64,000 nucleotides of DNA from a virus (Duplodnaviria; Caudoviricetes): IMG/VR virus record IMGVR_UViG_3300048881_000780; one strand, given 5' to 3'. The position numbers and the translations under genes are program-made. The notes below the pieces were generated by a model, which made no database searches, had not been told where the DNA came from, and was given only the letters and a program-made list of their open reading frames with translations. Position 1 is the stretch's first letter. Each line of letters starts with the position of its first letter. Below, piece by piece: positions 51,250 to 60,084 of the stretch.

Positions 51250-51889
51250 TCTTAGTTAAATCAATTCTATTTTTCCATAGATGATCAAGGACCTTTTGGA
51301 AAGGAATGTGAGAAACCTGTTTTATCTCATGTTTATTAATCATTAAAATGTCACACAATAAACCCTTATAATTAACATCACTACAAAGTACTTCAGTTCC
51401 CGACTTTAGGCCAAGACTGCTGGCCTTATTTGTTTTTACAACAGGTGCAACTATATAATCGTAAGAGTACTCGAGAGTAGCTTTATAGCTCAAATAAGTG
51501 AGAAGATTTGAAATAGTTACCCCATCCACTGGCCCTCTATACTTAGGGTGAACCGTTAGAGACTCAAATGTTATCAACTTATCAAGGCCTCTATCTTTAC
51601 AAACATCAAAGAAGTAATCAGGATAGTCAGAGAAATAGTTATGTGAAGTATGGGCCAGAGACTTTAAATCAAAGAAACTATGAGAACATATACCAATGGC
51701 CTCTCCCTTATATGTAATTACCACCATCCTTCTTTGTCTAACAAATGAATCAGATGAGAACTTATTCTTAAATATTGGTTGCCATACATCCTTAAATAAT
51801 TTCCAAGCGTGATTATATATATCACTCTCTCTATCTGTTTGAGGACAGGTAGTAATGAAGTAAAATTTTAAATCTTTTAGCTTAAACAT
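51212..51889 (-). CDS. GNAT-fold / acyl-amino-acid-synthase-like protein
   Basis: LTVHPKYRG acyl-CoA-binding-like motif. Confidence 0.55.
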   Translation of the reverse strand: MFKLKDLKFYFITTCPQTDRESDIYNHAWKLFKDVWQPIFKNKFSSDSFVRQRRMVVITYKGEAIGICSHSFFDLKSLAHTSHNYFSDYPDYFFDVCKDRGLDKLITFESLTVHPKYRGPVDGVTISNLLTYLSYKATLEYSYDYIVAPVVKTNKASSLGLKSGTEVLCSDVNYKGLLCDILMINKHEIKQVSHIPFQKVLDHLWKNRIDLTKTTSKGEDLKDVA

Positions 51890-52190
51890 GGAGATATAAT
51901 GCCTTTGTTATATGTTATTACCAAAGGAAATCTCAAGTTATGAGAATCTCTGATGTATAACCTTAAATTAGTGAGTATTAATATTGGCAGAGTCACTTCC
52001 TTTTGCCTGTTTTTTATTTTCCAACTATATAGGCCTTATCGTAATTTCAATAACAATGTGGGAAAATCATCATTTTTGCATTAACTTAAGTCCAAATTTG
52101 AATATTTAATATAATGAGTGGTTCTTCCATGTTCGATACTCTATATTATTTTATGACAAAATGTGTTATAATTTCAATAGGAGGCAAAAA

Positions 52191-52547
52191 ATGAAAAATG
52201 ATTTTTTTGATAAATTAGGAACATCTATTATCCATATACTAGCACTCCCTTTATATTGTTATTTCTTTACTATTCACACCTATGAAGAAGTTATGAAGAA
52301 TAACGACAATTTCAGAGATAAGTTATTTTTAAAGAAGATGAATCTATTAGACAATAAACACGTAAGTGACTTTTTAGAGTGGAATAAGAGATACCTGTAC
52401 GAGCGAGAAAATGGCCCCCAGGATGATATAGAGTCAAAGTTTGAAAGGCTTCAAATAGAAAACGAGGAATTGCTTAGTTTTATATCTGAAAATGAATTAG
52501 ATGATCAACTCGTAGAATTTAAAAAGATTCCAAAACTTATCAAATAG
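52191..52547 (+). CDS. hypothetical protein
   Basis: GGAGG before ATG 52191. Confidence 0.6.
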   Translation: MKNDFFDKLGTSIIHILALPLYCYFFTIHTYEEVMKNNDNFRDKLFLKKMNLLDNKHVSDFLEWNKRYLYERENGPQDDIESKFERLQIENEELLSFISENELDDQLVEFKKIPKLIK

Positions 52548-52556
52548 GTAAACATT

Positions 52557-52889
52557 ATGAAAATAGAGTATTATCAAGAACAAAAAAAGGCCTTACGAGA
52601 TCAAGCTTGTGAAGAATTAATGATTTTTCTAAGAGATTGGTTTAAATCTCATCCAAACCTTAGACTTGTTGGTGGAAATGCCACCTGGCTACTTGAAGTA
52701 AATTATAAAGATACTGGTAAGTGGGTCACAGTGGATGAGAGAGGTGGGAAGTTTTGCTACAGCGATATGGAGAGTGATGATCTAGATCCTATCTACATTA
52801 CCCATGAGTGGAGAATGATAGAAGATTTACTGCTAGATTGGAGTTGTGAAAATGTCTACCCTTTTGGTGAAATTAATCACGATATTTAA
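52557..52889 (+). CDS. hypothetical protein
   Basis: 110-aa ORF. Confidence 0.6.
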   Translation: MKIEYYQEQKKALRDQACEELMIFLRDWFKSHPNLRLVGGNATWLLEVNYKDTGKWVTVDERGGKFCYSDMESDDLDPIYITHEWRMIEDLLLDWSCENVYPFGEINHDI

Positions 52890-53079
52890 CAATAATACAC
52901 ATTAGAAATTGAGTTATATATGAATAAGAAGAAGAAAAAAGAAGAACTATTAGAAGAAGTTGATATTGATGCTGTTAACGCCTTTGATGAATTAGAACAT
53001 GAAAAAGATATTTCATCAGGTCTACTGGTCCCCCGTGGAAATAAGGATCAATTCAAAAAAACAAAAAGAAGGGTGAAAA

Positions 53080-53430
53080 ATGATTAAAGTAATTAGAACT
53101 CTTGTTTTGGGTTACGATCAAGATAGCGACTCATTTTATCTAAAAGGTAGAGATATAAATAAAAGTTTAAAAAGAATTGATCTAGAGGAAACTGATCAAA
53201 TAAGTAAGCTTATAGAAGAATATTCCAAAGATTTTCACATTAATACATCTTCTTCTCTTCATGAATTAGTACTATCAAAGAAAGATCTACTCTGGAGTGC
53301 AGAAGGAATTCTTTTAAATAAAAAGAATCTTAAATATAATAGGTCCAAAAAGCACTATGACTATCATTTACTGAGTAAAGTTATAAACTTTAAAAAAGAT
53401 AATAATGGATACTTTCATATGATCATTTAA
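53080..53430 (+). CDS. hypothetical protein
   Basis: 116-aa ORF. Confidence 0.55.
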   Translation: MIKVIRTLVLGYDQDSDSFYLKGRDINKSLKRIDLEETDQISKLIEEYSKDFHINTSSSLHELVLSKKDLLWSAEGILLNKKNLKYNRSKKHYDYHLLSKVINFKKDNNGYFHMII

Positions 53431-53496
53431 AATGAAATCAATGTAGATGATGTTAACTAATTTAGTAATCAGGAATAAGAAGAGGTAATCGATACT

Positions 53497-53877
53497 ATGA
53501 ATGATAAAAAGCTAAATGATCTAGCTTGTAACTCTCCTGCTTCTCTTGCAGAGTACATCCAATCTGATAATATTAAAAGTTTAACTAAAGCTATGGCCAT
53601 TGTCGCGCTAGGAGAAAGGGTTTATCCAAGTTATTTTAATTTCTTAAAAAACTATATTTCTGATAAAGAGGATATTGTTAGAGAGTTAGCTTTTAGAGCG
53701 CTCTCTTTTTATTATACTGAGTGTAATAACGGACAATATGATTACCTTTTAGCGGAATTTAGAGAAAGATTGCAGACTGAAAAGGCCCCTGGAGTTAGAA
53801 GACGTCTAGAGTCTCTAATAAAATTTATGCAAAAGTATGAAGATCTAGATAACTTTAATAAATTCTCAACCAGTTAA
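53497..53877 (+). CDS. HEAT-repeat-like protein
   Basis: AIVALGE, DKEDIVRELAFRAL, PGVRR patterns. Confidence 0.6.
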   Translation: MNDKKLNDLACNSPASLAEYIQSDNIKSLTKAMAIVALGERVYPSYFNFLKNYISDKEDIVRELAFRALSFYYTECNNGQYDYLLAEFRERLQTEKAPGVRRRLESLIKFMQKYEDLDNFNKFSTS

Positions 53878-53948
53878 CAATTAAGGAAAATCTTAACGAC
53901 TTGCGTTAAAATCTAAATCATGGTAAACTTTATACAAGCGAGGTTATT

Positions 53949-54182
53949 ATGATTGAAAGAGAAGTTATTAATTCAAACAATAATGTATCACTAATTAAAG
54001 AAAACCATGAAGATGAATTCTGCTACGTTGTAGAAATCATCGGTACAGATAACTCTAAGAGTTTCTTTGATTGTGGTGAATCAAAAAATAAGGCCTCTGA
54101 TTTATACGATAAATTATCAAGTATTTCATACAGTAAGAGTGTGGATGTTAAGATGAGTGAAAACTCTCATCTTGTGGCATAA
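53949..54182 (+). CDS. hypothetical protein
   Basis: GAGG RBS. Confidence 0.6.
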   Translation: MIEREVINSNNNVSLIKENHEDEFCYVVEIIGTDNSKSFFDCGESKNKASDLYDKLSSISYSKSVDVKMSENSHLVA

Positions 54183-54258
54183 GTTATTAAATGAGCGCAA
54201 AAGAGAATATTCTTAAAATAGCAACTAATAGCGTGATCTAAAAGACTGGGAGTAAGAA

Positions 54259-54480
54259 ATGGAAGAATTAGATTATTACCAACGAAAATATGACCTCGAT
54301 GTCGAAATGTCTCATTTTAGTGAGTTCTCATCTCTTAAAGGTGTTATATCGGTTGAAGGTGATACATTCTTTGCTACTGTAGGCGAAGGAGATGCTCAGT
54401 GTATTGGATCTGGAAGCACTAGGGCACACGCACTTGTAGACTGTATGAATAATTTTTGGACAGAGAAAGCTAAAGCTTAA
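54259..54480 (+). CDS. hypothetical protein
   Basis: GGGAG RBS. Confidence 0.55.
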   Translation: MEELDYYQRKYDLDVEMSHFSEFSSLKGVISVEGDTFFATVGEGDAQCIGSGSTRAHALVDCMNNFWTEKAKA

Positions 54481-54901
54481 TGATGCGACCCTTCTCTCTT
54501 TTAAAGTATTTATCAAAATCTGGAAACTTTCCTCTGATATTTGATAAGTGAGTGCTTAATAACTGTCCTGAAAGTGGCAAGTGAATATCATCTTCGTCCT
54601 TGCTTAATGCCACTTTCAATATTCTTATTTCATTATTTGTGAATTTTATTAACTCGCTCTTATACTTTAGGGTTTTATTATCAACGTCTAAAATCATTCT
54701 CTTATACTTAATTATTGGAGATCCCTTTTTTACCAAGTCAGATATTTCATTAATTTCTAAAAGCAGTGAGTTCTTTGTGCTCTTCTTTAGTTCGGTAGAA
54801 TTTTTTATTGCAAAGGATAACTTCTTTAGTTTTGAATCTAAGTTACTTTTATTATTCTTATTCTCTATGGTGGAAACTAATACTCCCCTATCTTTTATCA
54901 T
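54470..54901 (-). CDS. protein with OmpR-like winged-helix C-terminus
   Basis: KFTNNEIRIL and THLSNIRGK. Confidence 0.55.
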   Translation of the reverse strand: MIKDRGVLVSTIENKNNKSNLDSKLKKLSFAIKNSTELKKSTKNSLLLEINEISDLVKKGSPIIKYKRMILDVDNKTLKYKSELIKFTNNEIRILKVALSKDEDDIHLPLSGQLLSTHLSNIRGKFPDFDKYFKREKGRIIKL

Positions 54902-55076
54902 CGAAAAACTCCTTATATAAATAATATCTAATCAAAGGCATAAATCAAATAGAAATCACTTAAGAAATCTTAAGTGAATAATTCTTGCAACTTGCCGTAA
55001 TATAAGAGGAAAATTAGATATATTGAGGCCTAAATAAATTAATGTTAGTATCTCTATATTAGAAGAAGGAGTTTTT

Positions 55077-55973
55077 ATGAGTTTTAAAAAGTTTTTATCA
55101 TATTTTTTTCAATATCTATTTGTCTTAATTATTGTTGTAACCCCTTTTGGTGCTCAAGAGACTCCAAGTATTAAATATATACTACTATTGCTCATTCCCA
55201 TGTTGATTATGTCACCTCACCTAATTTCTAAATTAGAGTCAAAGTTGAAACTCAATATTAAGACCAAGCATAGAGTAATTGTTTCAATGATTCTCTACTC
55301 TACTTTTAGCTCATTTATTATTAACGAAGATGCTAATAGAAGAGAAATTGCTAAGGAGAGTCAAGATCGTGAAGATTTTACAAAAAATAAAAAAGAAAAA
55401 TTAGATTATATTAAAAGGTTAAACTCTCAAAAGAAATATGATCGTGCATTAGTTGTAATTAAAGAATATGAAAAATTTAATGATGACGATGTAAAGAAAC
55501 TAAGAAGAGAGTTGAATTCAAAAATTAGAAAAAGAGATATTAAAAAATTAGATAAACTTGCTAGAAGTACAAGTTCAAAACAACCAAAGCTTCTACTTGA
55601 TACATATAGAAAGCTTTTAAAGCTCGATCCTCAAAATAAGAGATACAAGAAGAAAGTAGCCCATTATCAAGAAGTGGTAGATAAAATCATTATGGAAAAG
55701 AGATTAGCAGATGTTCGAGCAAAGAAGATTTCTAATCAGTTCAGTGGTTGGGATGGCGCCCATATAAAATTAGAGAGACTGGTTAAAGAAAATCTAAAAG
55801 ACCCTGATTCTTACGAACACGTAAAGAGTCTATATAATGATCACAAAACGTATTTAATAGTAGAACTTACTTATAGGGCCAAGAATAGTTTTGGTGCAAA
55901 GGTTCTTGGTAGCGTTCAAGCAAAAGTTGATATTAATTCAGGTACAGTATTAAAAATAATTAATCAAAAGTAA
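55077..55973 (+). CDS. membrane protein with basic helical domain
   Basis: N-terminal TM segments; LKDPDSYEH..YRAKNSFGA C-terminal domain. Confidence 0.7.
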   Translation: MSFKKFLSYFFQYLFVLIIVVTPFGAQETPSIKYILLLLIPMLIMSPHLISKLESKLKLNIKTKHRVIVSMILYSTFSSFIINEDANRREIAKESQDREDFTKNKKEKLDYIKRLNSQKKYDRALVVIKEYEKFNDDDVKKLRRELNSKIRKRDIKKLDKLARSTSSKQPKLLLDTYRKLLKLDPQNKRYKKKVAHYQEVVDKIIMEKRLADVRAKKISNQFSGWDGAHIKLERLVKENLKDPDSYEHVKSLYNDHKTYLIVELTYRAKNSFGAKVLGSVQAKVDINSGTVLKIINQK

Positions 55974-56540
55974 CTAAATCAGGGACTTGATCCAAGGGTT
56001 ATCAGGTCCCACTTTAAAAGGGCCCGAACTCTCTCTATTTTCAAAACCAAAGATATTATCCAATTCGCTCCATTTGATATTTTTAATAACTTCACTAACC
56101 ATGACCATTTTATCTCTCATACCTACTGACATTAGAAAGTCTTCTTTTGATATAGTGAAATCTAGTTTTTTCTGTTTCTTGCACTCATTTGGTGATAATT
56201 TTCTATAGAAGTAAATTAAGTTCGTTTCTCTGTAAAAGGCAATAACTTGTGCACTCGATAGCCTGTTAAATGCAAATAAATCTGCCAATACTCGGATGAG
56301 ATTATCACATGACTCAAATATTTTATCTGAAGAATCCATTAGCCCAATTTTTTCATATGCATCCGAATGGATTATCTTACAAACTTCTGCAAGATCAATT
56401 ATCATTTTATCAGTATCTACCTGATAAGAAATTCCAAGTTCTCTATTTAAATAATTTCGATCATCAAAAAGATCGTTAAGATTGGAATATTTAAAATGTC
56501 CTTTTATATGTAAAATACTCACTATAGCTCCCCTTTTCAT
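55974..56540 (-). CDS. hypothetical protein with C-terminal NxW tag
   Basis: Ends NPWIKSLI. Confidence 0.65.
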   Translation of the reverse strand: MKRGAIVSILHIKGHFKYSNLNDLFDDRNYLNRELGISYQVDTDKMIIDLAEVCKIIHSDAYEKIGLMDSSDKIFESCDNLIRVLADLFAFNRLSSAQVIAFYRETNLIYFYRKLSPNECKKQKKLDFTISKEDFLMSVGMRDKMVMVSEVIKNIKWSELDNIFGFENRESSGPFKVGPDNPWIKSLI

Positions 56541-56607
56541 AATTATATCACATTAGTTAAATATTGACAAATTGCGTTAATACATATATTATAAAAAAGA
56601 GGTTTCT

Positions 56608-56940
56608 ATGTTAAATTCTAAAAGTATAAAAAATGCTAAAGTAATTGATCGTCTAATTGCCTATGATGGAATTTGTTCATCATATTTAATCGATGGTTCT
56701 TACTATGTGTCACATTTCTATAATCAAGATAGTAAATTCTATTATGACTACTATTTTAAAGCTTCTAAGAGTTTAATTGATGAGCTTAAAGAGGAGCAGA
56801 TAGATTTTAAGACTTTTATAGAGTCAGCTAGTGAAATTTATAAGGTGAGATTCTGCATCAAATTAAAAGAGTATCTCGTAGATAAAATTTCAATATCTGA
56901 TCTTGGGAATTTTATGCCACAGGCCGGAGAGTATCTATAA
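56608..56940 (+). CDS. hypothetical protein
   Basis: GAGG RBS; coupled to MTase. Confidence 0.6.
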   Translation: MLNSKSIKNAKVIDRLIAYDGICSSYLIDGSYYVSHFYNQDSKFYYDYYFKASKSLIDELKEEQIDFKTFIESASEIYKVRFCIKLKEYLVDKISISDLGNFMPQAGEYL

Positions 56941-57827
56941 TGCAATCTATTGCGACTAGAATTTATCTCATGGCCAGAAAGAATGGAAATCAATTTAAGA
57001 TATCGGATATCTACAAATACTTCCCAAAAAACAAAAGAGAGACTGTTAGAGCTAGAGTTTACACTAATTTAGGTTCGCTCTTTGAAAAGGTTTCTAGAGG
57101 CGTATACTGTATAAAAAGAAATGAAAATAGCGCTCTACTAATTAATGGAGACGGCAGAGATTTATCAAGTATTCCGGATGCTTCCATTGATGCCATTATT
57201 ACTGATCACCCATGGGTAGATAATTTAGCGCTCAAGGGTACTAGAAAAAATATGGCCAAGTACGATGGGTTTTTATATGAATTTGAAGATTTCTTAGAAA
57301 AGTATCGAGTACTAAAAGATGGATCCTTTTTAATTGAGAACTTACCTCAAGAGAGTGAAACAAATTTTGAATATCTCCATCAGATCAAGAAAATGGCAAT
57401 TAAAGCTGGTTTTAAGTTTTGGTGTGTCACAGTTTGGAAAAAAGGTAAACTAGTTCACAACACGGGAAGAGTTGCTAAGAATAAAGAATTCCTATATTTC
57501 TTCACTAAGGGAAAGGCCAGAAAATTAAGAGTCAATAAGAATACGAGACAATCTGATTTAATGTCAGGGACAACTCAAATAGTCCCATGTGAACTTAATT
57601 TTCAACCAGCTTCTCCAAAGAATAAAAAACACCAGGCCGAGAAGCCAATTGAATTACTCAAGGCACTTATCGAATTGGTTACCAATAAAGGCGAATTGGT
57701 TTTAGATCAATTTGCAGGCAGTTTTAATATTGTAGATGCCTGTCTTGAGACACAGAGAGATTGCATCGCAATAGAGATCAATGAAGAATTCTTTAATAGA
57801 TACACAAGAGAGAAAGAGGCCAGCTAA
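56940..57827 (+). CDS. N6A/N4C DNA methyltransferase (beta-class order)
   Basis: ITDHPW (DPPY-like) precedes HQAEKP and LDQFAGS. Confidence 0.88.
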   Translation: MQSIATRIYLMARKNGNQFKISDIYKYFPKNKRETVRARVYTNLGSLFEKVSRGVYCIKRNENSALLINGDGRDLSSIPDASIDAIITDHPWVDNLALKGTRKNMAKYDGFLYEFEDFLEKYRVLKDGSFLIENLPQESETNFEYLHQIKKMAIKAGFKFWCVTVWKKGKLVHNTGRVAKNKEFLYFFTKGKARKLRVNKNTRQSDLMSGTTQIVPCELNFQPASPKNKKHQAEKPIELLKALIELVTNKGELVLDQFAGSFNIVDACLETQRDCIAIEINEEFFNRYTREKEAS

Positions 57828-57830
57828 TAA

Positions 57831-58118
57831 CTATATTGTTTTCTCTGAACTCACGATGTGATCAATTTCTTTTTCACTTAAGTTTCCGGAAAATTTTAAA
57901 AGTTCTCTTATATTGAATTTAACCTCAATAAATCTAAGTCTAAATGATTGTTTCCTGATTTCTTGATAGAGTTCTCTACTGCTTTTATCGGGGTAGCCAT
58001 AGCACAAAATTAGACCACGAATCGAAAAATTTATTACTATAAATAGAGATAATGGCACGAGCACAATATAGATGAAAATATTTAATAGTATTAACGGTAT
58101 ATATAGAAGTCGATACAT
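57831..58118 (-). CDS. membrane hypothetical protein
   Basis: Hydrophobic N-terminus. Confidence 0.55.
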   Translation of the reverse strand: MYRLLYIPLILLNIFIYIVLVPLSLFIVINFSIRGLILCYGYPDKSSRELYQEIRKQSFRLRFIEVKFNIRELLKFSGNLSEKEIDHIVSSEKTI

Positions 58119-58123
58119 AAACT

Positions 58124-58261
58124 CTACTCTCTAGTTAAGATGAATTTTACACCATTAATTACCGATCTAATTAGATAAAGCCAGTGCCCTGCGTAAGCTG
58201 TAAGAATCTGACTCGCTCCAATCAAAAAGAAAATAATGATCAATACATTTAATACGTTCAT
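58124..58261 (-). CDS. 45-aa hydrophobic peptide (absent from ORF track)
   Basis: AAAGGA RBS; MNVLNVLIIIFFLIGASQILTAYAGHWLYLIRSVINGVKFILTRE. Confidence 0.55.
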   Translation of the reverse strand: MNVLNVLIIIFFLIGASQILTAYAGHWLYLIRSVINGVKFILTRE

Positions 58262-58315
58262 AAGAATTCCTTTCTTTTATTATAACACCTCATGTTAATT
58301 AAAAATACACCAGAA

Positions 58316-58405
58316 ATAAAAAAAGGGACTCTCTCGAATCCCTTTTTTACACACATACACACACATAAGGAGTAGGAGATTTGACCTAGAATTGGTCGTT
58401 CCTAC
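58316..58405 (-). ncRNA. putative GU-seed sRNA copy 3
   Basis: Near-identical to copy 2; terminator loop GAGA; -35 at 58440-58435. Confidence 0.8.
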
Positions 58406-58602
58406 AAGTTTATAATATCGGCCCTAACGCAGGCCGTCAACAAATAAAAACAAATAAAAGTCGTTTAAAATGCATATTTATATGATTTTTAATACTTAGG
58501 AACGATAACTTAAGTGGCCAAAATTAGGCCGATTGTGAATATTTTTTGATATTTTATAGATTTTATTTTGACACAATGTGTTAATAAATATAAACTAATA
58601 TT

Positions 58603-58728
58603 ACACAAACGGAACGAAAGTACCGCTGTAGACGCACTCTTCGAGTTTTTCCCAACAAAAAGAGAGCACACATTCACACAATAAGGAAAGGCCCTCTCAC
58701 ACACACATCACACAAGGGGGCCTTTTTT
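58603..58728 (+). ncRNA. CA-rich structured RNA, copy C
   Basis: TTGACA(58568)-N17-TAAACT; CACACAATAAGGA; terminator AAAGGCCCTCT-[CACACACACATCACACA]-AGGGGGCCTTTTTT. Confidence 0.65.
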
Positions 58729-59052
58729 ATTAAATCCTCAAATTTTTCATCAATGATTTCTAGTAAGCTCTAAATAGCTCTCTAATGCACTTGGAATAAT
58801 AATTATCTAGTAACGAGATAGTTCTCTTAAATGACGTGAAAAGGCCTTTAAATAGCTCTAAGTATATACCTAGTGATGTTTCTAAGCTTATTCTTCTAGA
58901 TATACATACCTAGCTAATTAAATTGAATAAAACTGCCAATAAATTCAAACGTTTATAGATATACCTAGTTTTAGGTATATAAAGTAAAAAGTGATCACAA
59001 TATACACATATCTATTATATCTAAATGAATATACTAAGCTCTCTTGGTTTCA

Positions 59053-59113
59053 GATTATACCCGATAGGGTATAATCCCTTTAAAAAGCCTTGTTTTATAC
59101 CCTATCGGATATA
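59053..59113. promoter_or_regulatory. paired palindromic operator-like sites
   Basis: GATTATACCC-GATA-GGGTATAATC (59053-59076) and inverted TATACCCTATCGGATATA (59096-59113). Confidence 0.6.
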
Positions 59114-59166
59114 GTTTTCTGTTATCTAGGTATGAAAACTTATAATTAATTCATAGAGGTGTTCAT

Positions 59167-59391
59167 ATGAATAGAATGAAATTTAGTTTAAAAAAAGAAG
59201 AAGATAGTAAAATTCAAAAAATGTTAGATACAACTAATAGTAGTGAAAAAGAATTAATTAATAATGCTTTAACACTTCTTGAGTGGGCCATTGAGGAAGT
59301 TAAAAATCAGAGAGAAATTGGTTCTCTAAGTAAAGATGACGAATTTAAAGAAGTTTTACTTCCCATGTTTAAGAGAGTTGCGAAGAGTTAA
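59167..59391 (+). CDS. ribbon-helix-helix (CopG-like) regulator
   Basis: N-terminal strand RMKFSL then two helices, ELINNALTLLEWA. Confidence 0.6.
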   Translation: MNRMKFSLKKEEDSKIQKMLDTTNSSEKELINNALTLLEWAIEEVKNQREIGSLSKDDEFKEVLLPMFKRVAKS

Positions 59392-59588
59392 TCATCCTTA
59401 TAAAAGATGATTGACCAGATATAGAAGGGAATAGTCGCAGCACCAATCGTTAGAATTGCGGCCATAACTATTTTGATAGATTTAGTCTCAATATGATCAA
59501 CTAGGTGAGCTAGAAATAAAATTAAAAGAATAGAGAAGATTCTAAGTGACCAAGTTTTAAGCCAATCAATCTCACCTTTGAAATTCAA
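59388..59588 (-). CDS. small membrane protein
   Basis: Two TM segments. Confidence 0.55.
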   Translation of the reverse strand: MNFKGEIDWLKTWSLRIFSILLILFLAHLVDHIETKSIKIVMAAILTIGAATIPFYIWSIIFYKDD

Positions 59589-60082
59589 TTAACACCTCGA
59601 GAGTCATAATTTAGAGAGAATAACCAATTATCTTTTTTATAGGAATATAATAACATAATTAAATTTAGAGTCGACCACATTAATATTGAGAAGTAGCTAT
59701 AGTAGAAACAAAAGGCGATATAGTAAATATAACACAGAACAAATCTACTTTTAATAATACTAGCATTTTCTCCACCCCTGGCCCAAAAGGGAATCAGGCC
59801 AATTAGCGCGTAGAATACCGATGTTTTTAAAGTGATGTAGACCAGTGTAAAAGGAATTAACCAATAGTAGTAACCCTTTAAGCTTTTAGAACTGTGAATA
59901 CCTGAGAAGACGCTTAGTGCCGTTATAATGGCGATATCTAGTCTATCCTCGAGAATCCAAAATACTAAATTTGAAATACTTCCAAGAATTTGTAAAAGAA
60001 GAATTGTATTTCTCTTTTTTGTATACATCGAGGAGAACTTAAAAAGTCCTCCAAGAAATGCTAAATCAAAGAAGTTGTTCAT
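59585..60082 (-). CDS. polytopic membrane protein
   Basis: Multiple hydrophobic segments. Confidence 0.6.
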   Translation of the reverse strand: MNNFFDLAFLGGLFKFSSMYTKKRNTILLLQILGSISNLVFWILEDRLDIAIITALSVFSGIHSSKSLKGYYYWLIPFTLVYITLKTSVFYALIGLIPFWARGGENASIIKSRFVLCYIYYIAFCFYYSYFSILMWSTLNLIMLLYSYKKDNWLFSLNYDSRGVN

Positions 60083-60084
60083 AA

